From Eledone cirrhosa (Eukaryota): a stretch of DNA of 64,000 bases. Positions 14,361 through 27,524 of this stretch are shown here, in pieces (within the stretch, counting starts at the first letter, position 1; each line of letters opens with the position of its first letter). The notes under the pieces are model-generated. The model made no database searches. It was not told where the DNA came from and saw only the letters and a program-made list of their open reading frames with translations. The DNA is taken from NCBI GenBank assembly GCA_964016885.1, contig OZ024744.1, forward strand, positions 54,994,001 to 55,058,000, read 5' to 3'. The position numbers were made by a program, and so were the translations under genes.

Positions 14361-15310
14361 ATGGAGGCATTTTATCATGGACCCACACTAGAGAGGTTGC
14401 CATGTATTTGACACAGCTCAAGATCCCTCTCGACTCCTTGGCAAGTTTTTTAACAGCTTTAAAAATACACTCTGTAAAGTTACCACTTTACAGAGTGTAT
14501 TTGGTGTATTTTATAGTGTCACCAACACTAGAGATATCATTGTGTCATGAGTGAAGGGGTGTCGTGTCTACAACTTCAAGCCTTTTCTAATACCAACCAC
14601 TTTACTGAATGTGCTTGATGTATTTTATCATGGCACCAGCACTAAGGGGTTGTCAGGTCATTAACTTCACTGAAGTGTTCTTTCTTCTTTATAGGTGTAG
14701 GGGGGAATAGGATGGGGGGAAGGTAGGAAGGTCGATAAGCATGACAAGTGTCAACAGGTGGTAGCAGAGGGGGCGGGGGATGACAAGTATAATGTCAGGG
14801 GTGTCCGGCAGGTGTGGTAGAGTTAAAAGGGATGATGTTATGTTGGCAAAAAAAGTGATGAAAAGATGTGTCAGGGTGGAGGGGGGGGGGGCGTATGACA
14901 AATGTGGTGGAATTTGACATGGTGATGCGAGGGTTGGGAGGAGGTGGATGATCTTTGATCAAGTTTGTATGTGTGTGGTGGGGGGAGGAGGTACTGTGCT
15001 GGTGTGAACAGCTACTAAGGAATTATCATTGGTATGTTAGGATTTAAAGTGGGGGGCATCCCCCCTCTCCCTCACAGAGTAGCGGGTGGGGATGTACAAT
15101 AGTGCATTCCCATCCCCCCACCCTACCTCTGGGATAGTTACTAAGGAGCATTAGTATTGGTGAGAAGTATGAATGGGTCATGTCACATTTGTTATGCTAG
15201 TAGGCACATGTTGGTTAATCATGAATACACAAACACACATACATACGTACATACATATATATTGTGTGTGTGTGTGTGTGTGTATGTATATATATATATA
15301 TATATGTATG

Positions 15311-15409
<99 letters not shown>

Positions 15410-15432
15410 ATATATATATACATATATATATA

Positions 15433-15489
<57 letters not shown>

Positions 15490-15497
15490 ATATATAT

Positions 15498-15574
<77 letters not shown>

Positions 15575-15575
<1 letters not shown>

Positions 15576-15970
15576 CACAGAAAAAAGAGAATCAGTGTTG
15601 TGACGAAAGGAATCTATTGGACATATTACAATTGTTTCTCGGACGACCAGCTCGAGGCACGCTCGATATGGTGATCAAACCTGACTCTGAAATCTCTCGG
15701 TTGTCGGATACGTCTCGATTCTACGAAGCAGCTTTTCCTAATATGTAGGAAAATCTGCTTCCGACAACCGAGAGATTTCAGAGTCAGGTTTGATCACCAC
15801 ATCAATCGTGCCTCGAGCTGGTCGCCCGAGAAACAATTGTAATATGTCCAATAAATTCCTTTTGTCACAACACTGATTCTCTTTTTTCTGTGACATCATA
15901 CTCTGCTCTACGAGGGCATTGAGTGCTCATACGGCCTACCGCATACGGACGCTTTAAGCATCCAACATCA
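15575..15970. repeat. Fold-back inverted repeat insert in (TA)n
   Basis: 15575-15740 is inverted at 15755-15895; carries the 3' half of a hammerhead (GAAAC-AATT-GTA at ~15830). Confidence 0.85.
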
Positions 15971-15978
15971 ATTATATA

Positions 15979-16009
<31 letters not shown>

Positions 16010-16095
16010 ATTTATATATATATATATATAACTATATGTATATATATATATATATGTATATGTATGTGTGTGTGTTTGAAAAGGACCCCTCCAGC

Positions 16096-16136
<41 letters not shown>

Positions 16137-16550
16137 TATATGTATGTGTGTGTGTATGAAAAGGCCCCCTCCGACCCATATATATATATGTATGTGTGTG
16201 TGTTTGAAAAGGACCCCTCCAGCCCATATATATACATGTGTGTGTGTGTAAGTACATACACTTATAGAGACAAATGTATCAGCTGGTTTGATTCATATCT
16301 GAAAGGTGATTAAAGCAGATTAAAGTGCTTGTATATACATTACATAGCCATGGGAGTAGGAGTGCTTGAAGGGTGAGGGGTGAGAAGGTAAATGTCTATG
16401 TGTCAAGGTAGAAGGTGAGGTTGGTCTCATGTCAAATCTAAACCAATAATGTCTTGCTACATAGTCAATGTTTATATTAACGTTTATTTAGACCTATTTC
16501 TCACATGTTTCATAAATACTGTGATTAGACTTGATAAATGTCAACATTAA

Positions 16551-16736
16551 CCCTTTAGTATTCACATTACTCTATATATACTATTATATTTTCACAAATG
16601 CCGTCGAGGTTAACTTTGCCTTTCATCCTTACGGGGTCGATAAAATAAAGTACCAGTAATGTACTGGGTGTTTGCTGGCCTTGTGCCAAAAGTAGAAACA
16701 ATTATATTTTCACAGTAAAGGCTTTATCTCGCATAA

Positions 16737-16776
<40 letters not shown>

Positions 16777-17784
16777 CCGTTTTACGTCCGTTCTTCCATG
16801 CTAGCATGGGTTAGACGGGTTGTCCTGTTGTGGGCAGTGTCTGGTCGGCTGACCATGCCTTACTCATACAGGAACTGATTTTTGGCTTGATTTCTACAGC
16901 TGGATGCCCTTCCTAACACCAACCTCATTTACAGTGACTGCTGGGTGCTTTTTTCCGTGGCGCCTACACGTCCACTTTACAGTGTGGGCTGGGTGCCTTT
17001 TTGTCGTGACTCCTCCACGGCCACTTTGCAGTGGGAGGGTGTGGGGCATATTGTCTATATGCTTCAGCTTGTACCCATGGGAGGTCGGGTGCTCTGTATT
17101 ACTGCGTGACGCCAGAGGTCACGGTCGTGTGTCATTGCCTTTGAGAGATGTAATTGGGTAAGGTCGGCTTTTATCACCTCATCCAAGGTCTTCTTGGGTC
17201 TCCCCACTCCGCGGTTTCCATTGACTTCTAGTGCTCTGCACCTTTTTATGCAGCTGTCATCCTTCATACGCATCACATGTCCATACCAACGCAACCGCCT
17301 CTCCTGCACACAGCATTTGATTCCTCTTATACTCAGTCTCTCTCTCAATTCATTTATACTTTGCCGTTCGCGTATATTACTATTACACATCCATCGGAGC
17401 ATGCAGGCTTCGTTTCTTTCTAATCTACGTAAGTCTTCCAGCTTCAGCGCCCAGATCTCACTACCATGTAACACTGCTGTTCGTATACACGCATCATACA
17501 GTCTGCCTTTCATTTTGAGGGAGAAGCCTTTTGCAGCTAGCAGTGGCAGTAGTTCCCTGAACTTCTTCCATCCCGTTCTTACCCTAGTTATTGTACTTTC
17601 TGAACACCCACCTCCGCTGCTAATTCGGTCACCTAGGTAGCATAATATCGAATCTATGAGATTTTGAAAGTATTTATTTTTATAAGAATACCTTAACATC
17701 AGTTTGAGTGACCAGTTACAGCCAGTTTCAACAGAAAGTGGTAGAGAATTCTGGCCGGTTTTGGCCGGTTTGAACATTAAAGGG
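16551..17784. mobile_element. piggyBac-type MITE split by nested SINE and RTE insertions
   Basis: TTAA|CCCTTTA ... TAAAGGG|TTAA; internal pieces match the intact copy at 21112-21333. Confidence 0.8.
16738..17640 (-). mobile_element. RTE LINE 3' fragment
   Basis: ORF 17064..~17645 (YLGDRISSGGG...AVLHGSEIW...RRLRWYGHVMRM); (CAT)n tail; GCATAAT repeated at both flanks (putative TSD). Confidence 0.9.
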
Positions 17785-18139
17785 TTAAAGTTTGCTGGTT
17801 TCATGTGTACAGTATAATATTTTTAATTTTATTTCACTAATACAAAGAATAGAGAATATGTGATTTAAAAAAAAACAAAAAAACACTGTATATTATACAG
17901 GGTGTGCCAAAGGTCACGTCCTATTGAAAAAAAAATTCATAATTTTTTTTTTATTAAATTTTTTTTTTTTTTCATGTTGGATAAAAACAAAATCCAATTA
18001 TGAAAAAATACACCTCCAAGAAAAATTAGTTTTGTGTTAATTTCTAATGTTTTATTAATAAAAAGAGGTAAGAAGTGACTTTTCCCCCCACCCCTACCCC
18101 TGTACATGGCAATAAGGAAAGGCAAAAAAATATGTTAAA

Positions 18140-18790
18140 CAAGATAAAGAGCAAGAAAAAAATGAATTAAGCAACAAAAGAAAGGGTGAGGGAGAGGGAC
18201 CAAAAGAATCTACACCCTTGTCTCAGCAGTATTTCAGCCGCACCCCACAGACGAAATGGTAAAGGCCTGTGACACCTGATGCAACAGCCACCCTATTCCA
18301 TGGGGCTTTTTCCTCAGGCAGGCTGTTGTCTTTCTGATTTTATTAAATCAGCAGTACAAGGACTAAGGACACCAGAGGTCTCAACAGTGACCAATATCAA
18401 AAGGAAGCGGTTGGTCAAACTCCAGTATTTAGCTATCTTCCTTTTCTCTGTGTTGTGGGTAGCGGTGCCCAGGTTTGCAGCTGAAGTGACAGGGCTGGGG
18501 GGCAAAGAACAAGTCTCAGCACATCGCATCTCAGATTAGGGATTTACCTCCTCTGAATGGGAAGTGGGTTATTCCATTGGGTTGTTTGCCATCACCATAG
18601 TTATGGCCAGTTCCAGTTGGCTCCAGTTGTAATAGAAAGCCAGCTGTATTGTTCAGAGCAGTGTGTCAGAGGAATCCGTCAACAACAGCTCCTCAATAGC
18701 AATTGTGTGGGTCACACACATGGAGGCTAAGGCACTGGGCTACTCCAATGCTAGTGCACTCATCATCAAGAAGAATTCCAGTGATTTAGT
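18140..18790 (-). mobile_element. Decayed CRE-clade non-LTR retrotransposon (RLE region)
   Basis: Minus strand GILLDDECTSIGVAQCLSLHVCDPHNC...LEPTG...DGKQPNGITHFPFRGGKSLI*DA...VETSGVL, with stops and frameshifts. Confidence 0.75.
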
Positions 18791-18869
18791 AAAATCATTA
18801 GAAATCTGAAAAAAAAAATGCCTAAAGTATTTGATTTGGCCCTTTAAGAACATAAAGAGTTCAAATCCT

Positions 18870-19340
18870 GCGCTGAGGTCAACTTTGTTTTTCATATTTC
18901 CAAGGTCAATAAAATAAAGTATCAGTGAAGTAAATACTTCAGTTGATTTAATCGATTTTCACTTCCCTACAGAATTGTTCACCTTGTGCCTAAATTAAAC
19001 CATTATTATTAATGATTTCTGATTTAGGCACAAGGCCAACACATTTTTGAGGGTGAAAGTTGATTAAATCGACCCCCATTGGGTTACTAGTACTTTATTT
19101 TATTGACCCTGTAAGTATGATAGGCAAAGCTAAACTCAGCAGGATTTGAACTCAGAACATAACGGGATGCAACTCTATGCCACAGAGCATGTTGTCTGAT
19201 GTTTTACCAGTACAGCCAATTGCCTTTCATCCTTAAGGGAGTCGATAAAATAAAGTACCAGTAATGCACTGGGGTCGATTTAATCGACTTTCCCCCTCCC
19301 TCAAAATTGCTGGCCTTGTGCCAAAAGTAGAACCAATTAT
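18870..19340. mobile_element. Cluster of three Nin/Deu-domain SINE fragments (+,-,+)
   Basis: Repeated TTTCATCC...GTCGATAAAATAAAGTACCAG / GGCCTTGTGCC motifs in both orientations. Confidence 0.7.
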
Positions 19341-19469
19341 TAATGGCACTTAGAATGCTGCTAGAAAGTCACAGCATGGCACTTTACCAGCTAAACAACA
19401 TGATCAGTCACCTGAATACAACACATGCAATTCTATAAATATATATGATGATGATGAGTATAATCATAA

Positions 19470-19493
19470 TCATCATCATCATCATCATCATCC

Positions 19494-19526
<33 letters not shown>

Positions 19527-20750
19527 CCATCATCATCATGGTCTAAAGTCCATTTTTCCACGCTAGCGTGGGTTAGATGAGTTGTCCAGTTGTGAAACTA
19601 GTCAAATCAAGTGACCATGTCTTACTCATACAGAACTGTTTCTGGCTTAATTTCTATGGCTGGATGCCCTTCCTAATGCCAACCAGGTTCACAGTGTGGA
19701 CTGGGTACCTCTTGTAGTGGCACCAAAATGACTGGGTGCTTATTTGTCATGTCACCAGCATGACCCCCTTGCAGGGAGGGCTAGGTGCTCTTTTGTCATT
19801 GTTACCTTACAGTGAGGACTAGGTGCTCTTTTGTCAAACCACCAACATGAGCCCCTTATATGATGGACTAAGGGCTTTTGTTGTATCACCAGCATGACCA
19901 CCTTACAGGATGAACCGAGAGCTTTTAGTCATTTCAGCAGCATGGTGGGAGAGCGTGTTCAGCTTTCCATCCATGTATGTATGGGTTGATCAAGACAAGT
20001 GCATAATATGTGGAAAGTGGGGGGTGATGGTGGTGCATGGTTGATTGGTGAGGTAGATCTAAGATGGGTTAATTAGCTGGTAAAGGATGGAGTGTTAAGA
20101 TGTGGGGGGGGGGGGGGTGAAGGGGAGAAGTGGTGTATTCTAGAGACCACTAGATGTTTGCTTCAACCCGTGCACCTGTGAAGGTGGGCTTCTGTAGTAC
20201 TTCATACTGTGTCATCACCTTTGCAATTGTACAAGGTCAGATTTTATCACTTCATCCTCAATCTTCGTACTCCATAACTTTCATCAAATTCCAGCACCCT
20301 GCAACTGTTTATACATCTAATATCCTTCATATGTATCATATACCCATACATCACAATCTCTTCTCTTGCACACGGCATCTGATTCCTCTTATGCCCAGTT
20401 TCTCTCACAGTTCATTTGTGTAATATTACTATTACACATCCATCGAAGCATGCCAGCTTCATTTCTTTCCAACCTTCATAAGACCTCAGCACACAGTGCC
20501 AAGGCCTCACTTCCATGTAACATTGCTGTTCATATACACACCTCCTACAATCTGCCCTTCATTTTGAGGGAAAAACCTTTTATAGCTAGCAGTGGTAATA
20601 GCTCCCTGAACTTTCTCCATTCCGTTCTCACTCTGACTACTATACTTTCAGAATACCCACCTCCAATGCTAATTTGGTAACCCAGGTAACAGAAGCTGTC
20701 AACTGTTACTACGGAACCCTCTAAGATTTGATAGATCTTGTTTCTTGTGA
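19470..20750 (-). mobile_element. Decayed RTE LINE 3' region
   Basis: VDSFCYLGYQISIGGG...WRKFRELLPLL; (CAT)n tail at 19470-19540; degenerate short tandem subrepeats in the 3' UTR. Confidence 0.85.
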
Positions 20751-20894
20751 GCATTTACTGTTGAACCAAGGGGTCCTCTTGTCACCCAGTGGCACACCAA
20801 GCCATTTTTGCCCACAACATTTATCCACCAAAGCTTTCCACTTTATCCTGTGGGTTGACCTGGACCTTCCAATTTTGTGGACTTCTTTGGCTTT

Positions 20895-21090
20895 AGGTAG
20901 TCTTAGCTATGCAGACGATCTGGCCATCATGAGTTACTCTAGAACTGATCTGGAAGACTTTCTGAATGCACTGGCCAAAACATTCGCTGGAGGCTGACTT
21001 GCACATCAACATCTCTAAAACAAAGTGTATAAAAACAGATAAAAACAATGCCAATCTCCAACTCACAATCTCCAACCAACAAATTGCTTG
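20895..21090 (+). mobile_element. Non-LTR RT core fragment
   Basis: SLSYADDLAIMS...INISKTKCI. Confidence 0.65.
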
Positions 21091-21111
21091 ACAGCTTAAT
21101 CCCTCTATTAA

Positions 21112-21333
21112 CCCTTTAGTATTTACATTACTCTATACTTACTATTACATTTTCACAGTAAAGGTTTCACTTTACATAGTTATCACACATAATATCGAAT
21201 CTATGAGATTTTGATATTATTTATTTTAAGAACAATACCTTAACATAAATATGAGCTGCCCAGTTATGACCAGTTTGAACAGAAAGAGGTGAGAGAATTC
21301 TGGCCGGATATGGCCGGTTTAAATGCTAAAGGG
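21112..21333. mobile_element. Intact piggyBac-type MITE
   Basis: TTAA TSD, TIR CCCTTTAGTATTTA / TAAATGCTAAAGGG. Confidence 0.8.
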
Positions 21334-21499
21334 TTAACACAAACATCCAGCACAGAATCGAAGTGATCAGAGACAATAACAAAATCAATTATTGATCTAT
21401 GTGCCTGATTCTCCTTCTACCATGTATATTTATGGATGTCTTTGTGTTAGAAGAAGGTTTTCATAATGTAGAGTTCATTACTAGAACAGAAGTCTAATA

Positions 21500-21690
21500 A
21501 TTGTTTCTACTTTTGGCACAAGGCCAGCAATTATCCCAGTGCATTACTGGTACTTTATTTTATCAACTCTGTAAGGATGAAAGGCAAAGTTAACCCCAGC
21601 GCAATTTGAACTCAGACCGTAAAGGGACATAACTCTATGCTGCAAAGCATGGCGTCCAACCCTCTACCGATACTGCCAATCCACTGCCAT
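21500..21690 (-). mobile_element. tRNA/Nin-domain SINE
   Basis: Reverse complement of the Nin core plus B-box GAGTTCAAAT. Confidence 0.7.
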
Positions 21691-21694
21691 TTGT

Positions 21695-21830
21695 ATTTAG
21701 ATTGAGATTGCCAATCCTTCTAATCACTCCTTTCCATGTCAGGTGGTCAGTGCCAACATGTACATTGAAGTCTCCCATTAGGATATATGACTCAGTCTTA
21801 ACTACATCTAACACTGCAGTGACTTCATCA
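21695..21830 (-). mobile_element. APE endonuclease fragment of an RTE-type LINE
   Basis: ILMGDFNVHVG...WKGVI motif. Confidence 0.65.
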
Positions 21831-21984
21831 AGGAGGGATCTATATTCAGAGTAATTTCTAATAAGACCTCCAAAATTGGAGGAGGTGGTGTAAGATGTAG
21901 TCAATGATACTTACCCCAAATCTGTTTTCTTGATATACATAGCTGCTGTGTGTTAGTGCTGAAAAAGAGACGGAGTTATACGTG

Positions 21985-22365
21985 TGCATTCATGCAGAGA
22001 TGCACATATGCAGCATACATAAAAAGATGTAAGCATGCAATGTATATGCAGAGATACACATATGCAGCATACATAAAAAGATGTAAGCATGCAGTGTATA
22101 TGCAGAGATGCACATATGCAGCATACATAAAAAAGATGTAAGCATGCAATGTATATGCAGAGATGCACATATGCAGCATACAAAAAAAAAGATGTAAGCA
22201 TGCAGTGTATGTGCAGAGATGCACATATGCAGCATATATGTAAAGATGTAAATGTGCAGTTTATATGCAGAGATGCACATATGCAGCATACATAAAAAAG
22301 ATGTAAGCATGCAATGTATATGCAGAGATGCACATATGCAGCATACATGTAAAGATGTAAATGTG
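21985..22365. repeat. ~55-bp minisatellite, ~7 copies
   Basis: Unit TGCAGAGATGCACATATGCAGCATACATAAAAAGATGTAAGCATGCA(A/G)TGTATA; a further unit resumes at ~22620 after a SINE insertion. Confidence 0.9.
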
Positions 22366-22464
22366 TGTGTGTGTGACAGCTCACACCTATGCAGGTTTAG
22401 CTGGCCTCTACCAAGGTATATCTCGTTGGAGGTGTCTTGGGTAATTTAATGATAGGGACCCCAG

Positions 22465-23020
22465 TCCTTATCATCTCATTTCTACAGCTGTGTAAACTAG
22501 AGCAACGTGAAATAAAGTGTCTTGTTCAAGGAAACAACACATCACCCGGTCCGAGAATTGAACTCACAACCTTTCGATTGCAAGCCCAATGCTCTAACCA
22601 TTCAGTCATGCACCTTCACAAAGATGTAAACATGCAGTATATATGTAGAGATGCACATAAACAATATGCATATAGAGATGCTCAAATAGAACATTCACGT
22701 GTAAGAGTTGGATCTTCATCAGTTCTGATAACAAATGTTTCAGTTGATGCAATCAGCTGAACAGCCCGATTGTGAAATTAATGTGCAAGTGGCTGAGCAT
22801 TCCATAGACACATGTATCCACAAAGTAGTTCTCAGGGAGATTCAGCGTGTCAAATCTGGCTCTCTGAATTACAAGTACAGCTCATTTTTCCCAACTGAGT
22901 AGACTGGAGCAACATGAAATAAAGTATCTTGCTCAAGGACAAACTACACCACTGGAATCTGAACTCCCAACCTTGTGGCTGTGAACCAAACATTCTAATC
23001 ACTAAGCTACAAACCTTCAC
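22465..23020 (-). mobile_element. Two tRNA-derived SINE copies (~22465-22620 and ~22740-23020)
   Basis: Reverse complements of tRNA A/B boxes plus CCTTGA.CAAGA.ACTTTATTTCA.GTTGCTC.AGT body. Confidence 0.7.
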
Positions 23021-23249
23021 TCCATATGTGTGTAAATATGCCGAGTTGCATACATACATTTAGATGTTCTTTCTTCTTTTTTTTTACTTTTAAATTCCAC
23101 CATATGTAAGAAACTGGTAGAAACATTTAACCTAAAAACATTGGTATTTAGACTAGAATAACTATCTAGATCAAGGGTTAGCAACAGACAAGCTATTGAA
23201 ATGTTCTTTAGAGGCCTCAGACATTTAAAAATGTTTATATGTAAGATCA

Positions 23250-23725
23250 TCCTCATCATCATCGTCGTTTTTATGTCTGCTTTTCCATGCTTGCATGGGT
23301 TGGATAGGTCTTTCTCAGTACAGCATCTCTCCACTTGTTGCGTTCCTTCATCATCTCCTCTGCCAGTCTCAGTGATTTGAGGTCAGCTCCTACAACCTCC
23401 TCCCAGGTCTTTCTTGGTTGTCCTCTATTGTGGCTTCCTTCCACTGGGATTTCCTGGCATTTCTTCACCCAGTGTCATTGTCCATGCACATCACATGTCC
23501 ATACCAATGTAATCTTCTCTCCTGCACACCCCTTCAGATTCCTCTTAAACCCAGCTTTTCCCTCAGCTCTTCTAAGCTCTGCCTTTCTCTCACATTTACA
23601 CTGCATATTCAATGAAACATGATTGCTTCATTTCTCTCCAGTCTACACATGTCCTCTGCAGTCACAGCTCATGTTTCACTACCATACAGCATCATGCACT
23701 GCACACACAGGCATCATACAGCCTT
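23250..23725 (-). mobile_element. RTE LINE 3' fragment (another subfamily)
   Basis: MKKCQEIPVEGSHNRGQPRKTWEEVV...; (CAT)n tail. Confidence 0.85.
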
Positions 23726-24774
23726 ATGATATATAATATATATGTGGGCTATAGATAATTTAACAAAACAATCAAAAGTGAGCCATTGAGGCGTTTTCTG
23801 TGGACCTCAGTTTTTTACAGATATTTTATATGTAAGGTGGTGCTATTAAGTTACACTTGCCCTGGGCCAATATTGGTCAAAACCTATCAAACTTATCAAA
23901 GTGATTTATGATATAACATACATATGGGACATAGGCAAAACTTACCTAGATTCTTATGTTCAACTTTTGTAAAGTTTCATGTATTTTTACTGTGGCAATT
24001 ACATATTGAAATTGCAGGGCATAGATTTTCTTTGTCTAAGAATCCCCAAAAAGTACTTATTTAGTAACATATCGTCAATTTTATTGACCTCCCTAGTAAT
24101 TAAGTATTGTCAAGAACTGGGGCCGGTGTAAGAAACAATACCCCCAACGCATCCCTCCACCTACAAATTTTGGGTCTTGTGACTATGTTAGAAATTACTA
24201 TTTATAACCTATTTCAGGAAGAGGACAATCAAACACACACACACACGTACAGACACATACACACACAGATACATACAGACACATTCGCATACATACATAC
24301 ACACATGCACATATATATATTTGTTGAATTATCAACAAATTAAATATTCCTTTGCTTATATACATATATGTATATATGTATATATATACCTACATGCATA
24401 CACACACACACACACATACATGCACACACATGCACACACACAGACACACGCTCATTCCCACAAATACACATATGCACACATAAACATGTACGCATACAGA
24501 CACATTCCAGCACACAGCCACACACAGATGCATACACACATATACACACATATACAACATGCATATATTTAACTTTGTATGTGAAATCCACATCATAGCA
24601 TACAAGAGACATAATGAGGTACTTAATAACTACAACAACATATACTGGACATATAAATATATGTGTATATGCATATATGTGTGTGTATGTATATATGAAT
24701 GTAATGTATGTGTGCTATGTATGTATGAATGTGTATGCATGTAGGTATATATATACATATATACATATATGTAT

Positions 24775-25028
24775 ATAAGCAAAGGAATATTTAATTTGTT
24801 GATAATTCAACAAATATATATATTTATAACAGATTCGAAGCACTCGACAAGTTTTCTAGAGTATAATATCAATGATATTAAATTAATGGAAACTATATTT
24901 ATAACACCATATTTATTCTGTTATATATATTTCAAGGGTACCAAAAGTTTGGTACGGAGTCATCAGATAAAATACAAAGTTTGTTTTATAAATGTTGACA
25001 TATCCAGGAATGAGACCTTAACGGTTCA

Positions 25029-25030
<2 letters not shown>
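24775..25030 (-). mobile_element. PLE-terminus insert with hammerhead motif (~24913-24975)
   Basis: Same family as the 40.2-41.2, 44.0 and 44.7-45.1 kb inserts; CTGATGA...GTACCAAA/TTTGGTAC...GAAAT. Confidence 0.7.
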
Positions 25031-25068
<38 letters not shown>

Positions 25069-25147
25069 CAAAGGAGATGTGGTAAGGAATCAGATGGACC
25101 ATAACACACCAGAGAACTCAATACTTAGGGTAGTAGAGTGGGTAATA

Positions 25148-25265
25148 GGAAAAGGTATGACCCCGACGCCAGAGCTCAAGCCATTTCGACGGCTATTTCT
25201 GGACTGAGTCCAGAAATAGCCGTCGAAACGGCTTGAGCTCTGCCGTTGGGGTCATACTTTTTCCA
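25148..25265. repeat. Near-perfect ~58-bp-arm hairpin in a (TA)n-flanked insert
   Basis: GGAAAAGGTATGACCCC...TCTGGACT-G-AGTCCAGA...GGGGTCATACTTTTTCC. Confidence 0.85.
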
Positions 25266-25282
25266 ATATATATATATATATA

Positions 25283-25938
25283 TAATCAAGGTTTAGCAAA
25301 TAGAGAAAAAGTTTTAAAATAAATTTTAAAAAGTTTACTGTACCTACTATATTTACCCTTACCGCGCGGCTTCAAGTCTCAAAATAAATGGATAATCCAT
25401 GCGGAAATTTATTGAGAAGAAGACTTTCATCAGAGGGTTCTTTTCACTCGGAGAATATAAAACTCCCCAGTTCAAATCACGAACTGACGCCATACAGAAC
25501 TGTTCCCGGATGAGAGTGTATGATGAAGAAACAATCTTGTCTAGTGCCGTGTGTAGAGACAGAAGGCAAGAGCGGAAAGGTCAAGGTCCTGCCACTAGAA
25601 ATAGCAGCAGTTAAAACGACCAAAATGTTATCTCGACCAGGGGATATTAATAATAATAAAGTATGTTTACCTACATGCAAAAAATGCATATAGGGACACA
25701 TGTATTATCCAACCATATGCCAATGTGGTTCTATGGCAGGTTAATAAATTAACGATCCCGAACATATATAATCAAGGTTTAGCAAATAGAGAAAAAGTTT
25801 TAAAATAAATTTTTAAAAGTTTACTGTACTTACTATATTTACCCTTACCGCGCGGTTTCAAGTCTCAAAATAAATGGATAATCCATGCAGAAATCCATTG
25901 AAAAGAAGACTTTCGTCAGAGGGTTCTTCTCACTCGGA

Positions 25939-25940
<2 letters not shown>
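25283..25940 (-). mobile_element. Tandem direct-repeat element with two hammerheads (25355-25438 and 25841-25924)
   Basis: 25283-25460 is repeated at 25768-25940; each copy reads ACCCT-CTGA(T/C)GA-AAGTCT...AGACTT-GAA(G/A)C-CGCGCG-GTA-AGGGT. Confidence 0.8.
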
Positions 25941-26016
<76 letters not shown>

Positions 26017-26018
<2 letters not shown>

Positions 26019-26300
26019 TGCCTTTATTTTTAAATTTATCTCATTCCTTGTATTTTGATCATGCTTTATTTTTATTTTTATCTTTATTTGTTATTTTTTC
26101 ATTCGCACCGTTTCCTTTCGCTATATGTCTCTCCACCACTCCCCTACACACCTTTTGAACTCTGTTCCCACACACTTCTCACCTGAGGAAGGGCTTATGC
26201 CCGAAATGTCGTCCCCCACCTACACCCCACTCTCCTGAGCGTGAAATTAATAAACATTTATTGTACTGCCTCTCTGTTTTGTCCCTGTTCAAATTTTTCC

Positions 26301-26302
<2 letters not shown>
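26017..26302 (+). mobile_element. Solo 3' end (pLTR) of the PLE family at 45.2-48.5 kb, with hammerhead at 26181-26212
   Basis: Reverse complement of ~45155-45440; CTGAGGA-AGGGC-TTAT-GCCC-GAAAT-GTC. Confidence 0.85.
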
Positions 26303-26329
<27 letters not shown>

Positions 26330-26334
<5 letters not shown>

Positions 26335-27093
26335 TAAGGTAATGAATTCTTTTACAATGGAATCAGCTCGAAGGAGGAAAATACCCCCTGAGCAGTGTAT
26401 AAATTAATATGTATGTGATGAAACACAGATACCAACACATCTGTATATATATTGCAAAGAAAAATATAGCCAGATTGAAGTATACTAATTATTATACTAC
26501 AGTTTGTCCATATCGATTTAAAATAATAAATTTTTCTTTGCAATATATATACAGATGTGTTGGTATCTGTGTTTCATCACATACATATTAATTTATACAC
26601 TGCTCAGGGGGTATTTTCCTCCTTCGAGCTGATTCCATTGTAAAAGAATTCATTACCTTATTAATTTTAACTGCTCCTAGTTTGAGCTGCAAGCCGCCTC
26701 ATATATACGACTGTTATTTCTAGCAGTACGGTTATGAGACTAGTTAGATACTGTAAAACCATGTGCGTCACGCAGTCTTTTAAATTATTTAGAAGTGAAG
26801 CATATCAATTTGTCTCTGGATGTTTACTGAGGAGAGCAGGACATGATATTCCTACACTTATTTAACTCGAAACATATTTGGATCTTAGAGTTTAAACTTA
26901 TCTACGGAACAGGTTTGATTTTGAAATTTAAATGTGTCTAAACATCACGGCCTCTTGGCAATACAGTTCGTCTTCGTTGATTTATTATTTTAAATTGATA
27001 TGGACAAACTGTAGTATAATAATTAGTATACTTCAATCTGGCTAAATTTTTCTTTGCAATATATATACAGATGTGTTGGTATCTGTGTTTCAT

Positions 27094-27098
<5 letters not shown>
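26330..27098. mobile_element. PLE-terminus insert with inverted/tandem segments and hammerhead-like core (~26827-26875)
   Basis: 26330-26465 is inverted at 26530-26665, third partial copy at 26980-27095; CTGAGGA-GAG...CTC-GAAAC; related to 43220-43825. Confidence 0.75.
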
Positions 27099-27145
<47 letters not shown>

Positions 27146-27289
27146 AGCAACTCTCTAAACTCCAATCTATACACTCTATCAAGTGACGTTATCCAAAAAC
27201 CCTTCGAAGGAACCCCATTTCGAAACCTTGTATTTGCAATAATATTCTTTCGGTCATTACATAAAATTCATGACCATAGGTAAGAGTTG

Positions 27290-27520
27290 TCAGGAATACC
27301 AAATTAGCATTTGTACCTAGCCACCTACCTCACTTCTAATTAACGAATGTTGAAGCTGGAACATTATTGCATCAGTTCCTGCAATTCTTGCACTTAATTC
27401 AGTCACCAGACTTCCATTACTCATGAACATAGCCCCAAGATACTTGAAATGCTGCACCTGCTTTAGTGGAACTCCACTCACATGTAGAGTGCACTGTACA
27501 GCACCGAATTTCATTCCGAC
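27290..27520 (-). mobile_element. RTE RT C-terminal fragment
   Basis: GVPLKQVQHFKYLGAMFMSNG...ELSARI. Confidence 0.65.
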
Positions 27521-27524
27521 CATG

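Noticed and set aside
16070-16240. Three GAAAAGGACCCCTCCAGCCC repeats with variable spacers (CRISPR-like look)
   Set aside because: Spacers are (TA)n/(TG)n microsatellites, the context is eukaryotic and there are no cas genes; simple local duplication.
18780-18825. Minus-strand splice acceptor (T-rich...CAG) suggesting a host exon
   Set aside because: Downstream sequence is a stop-riddled CRE fragment.
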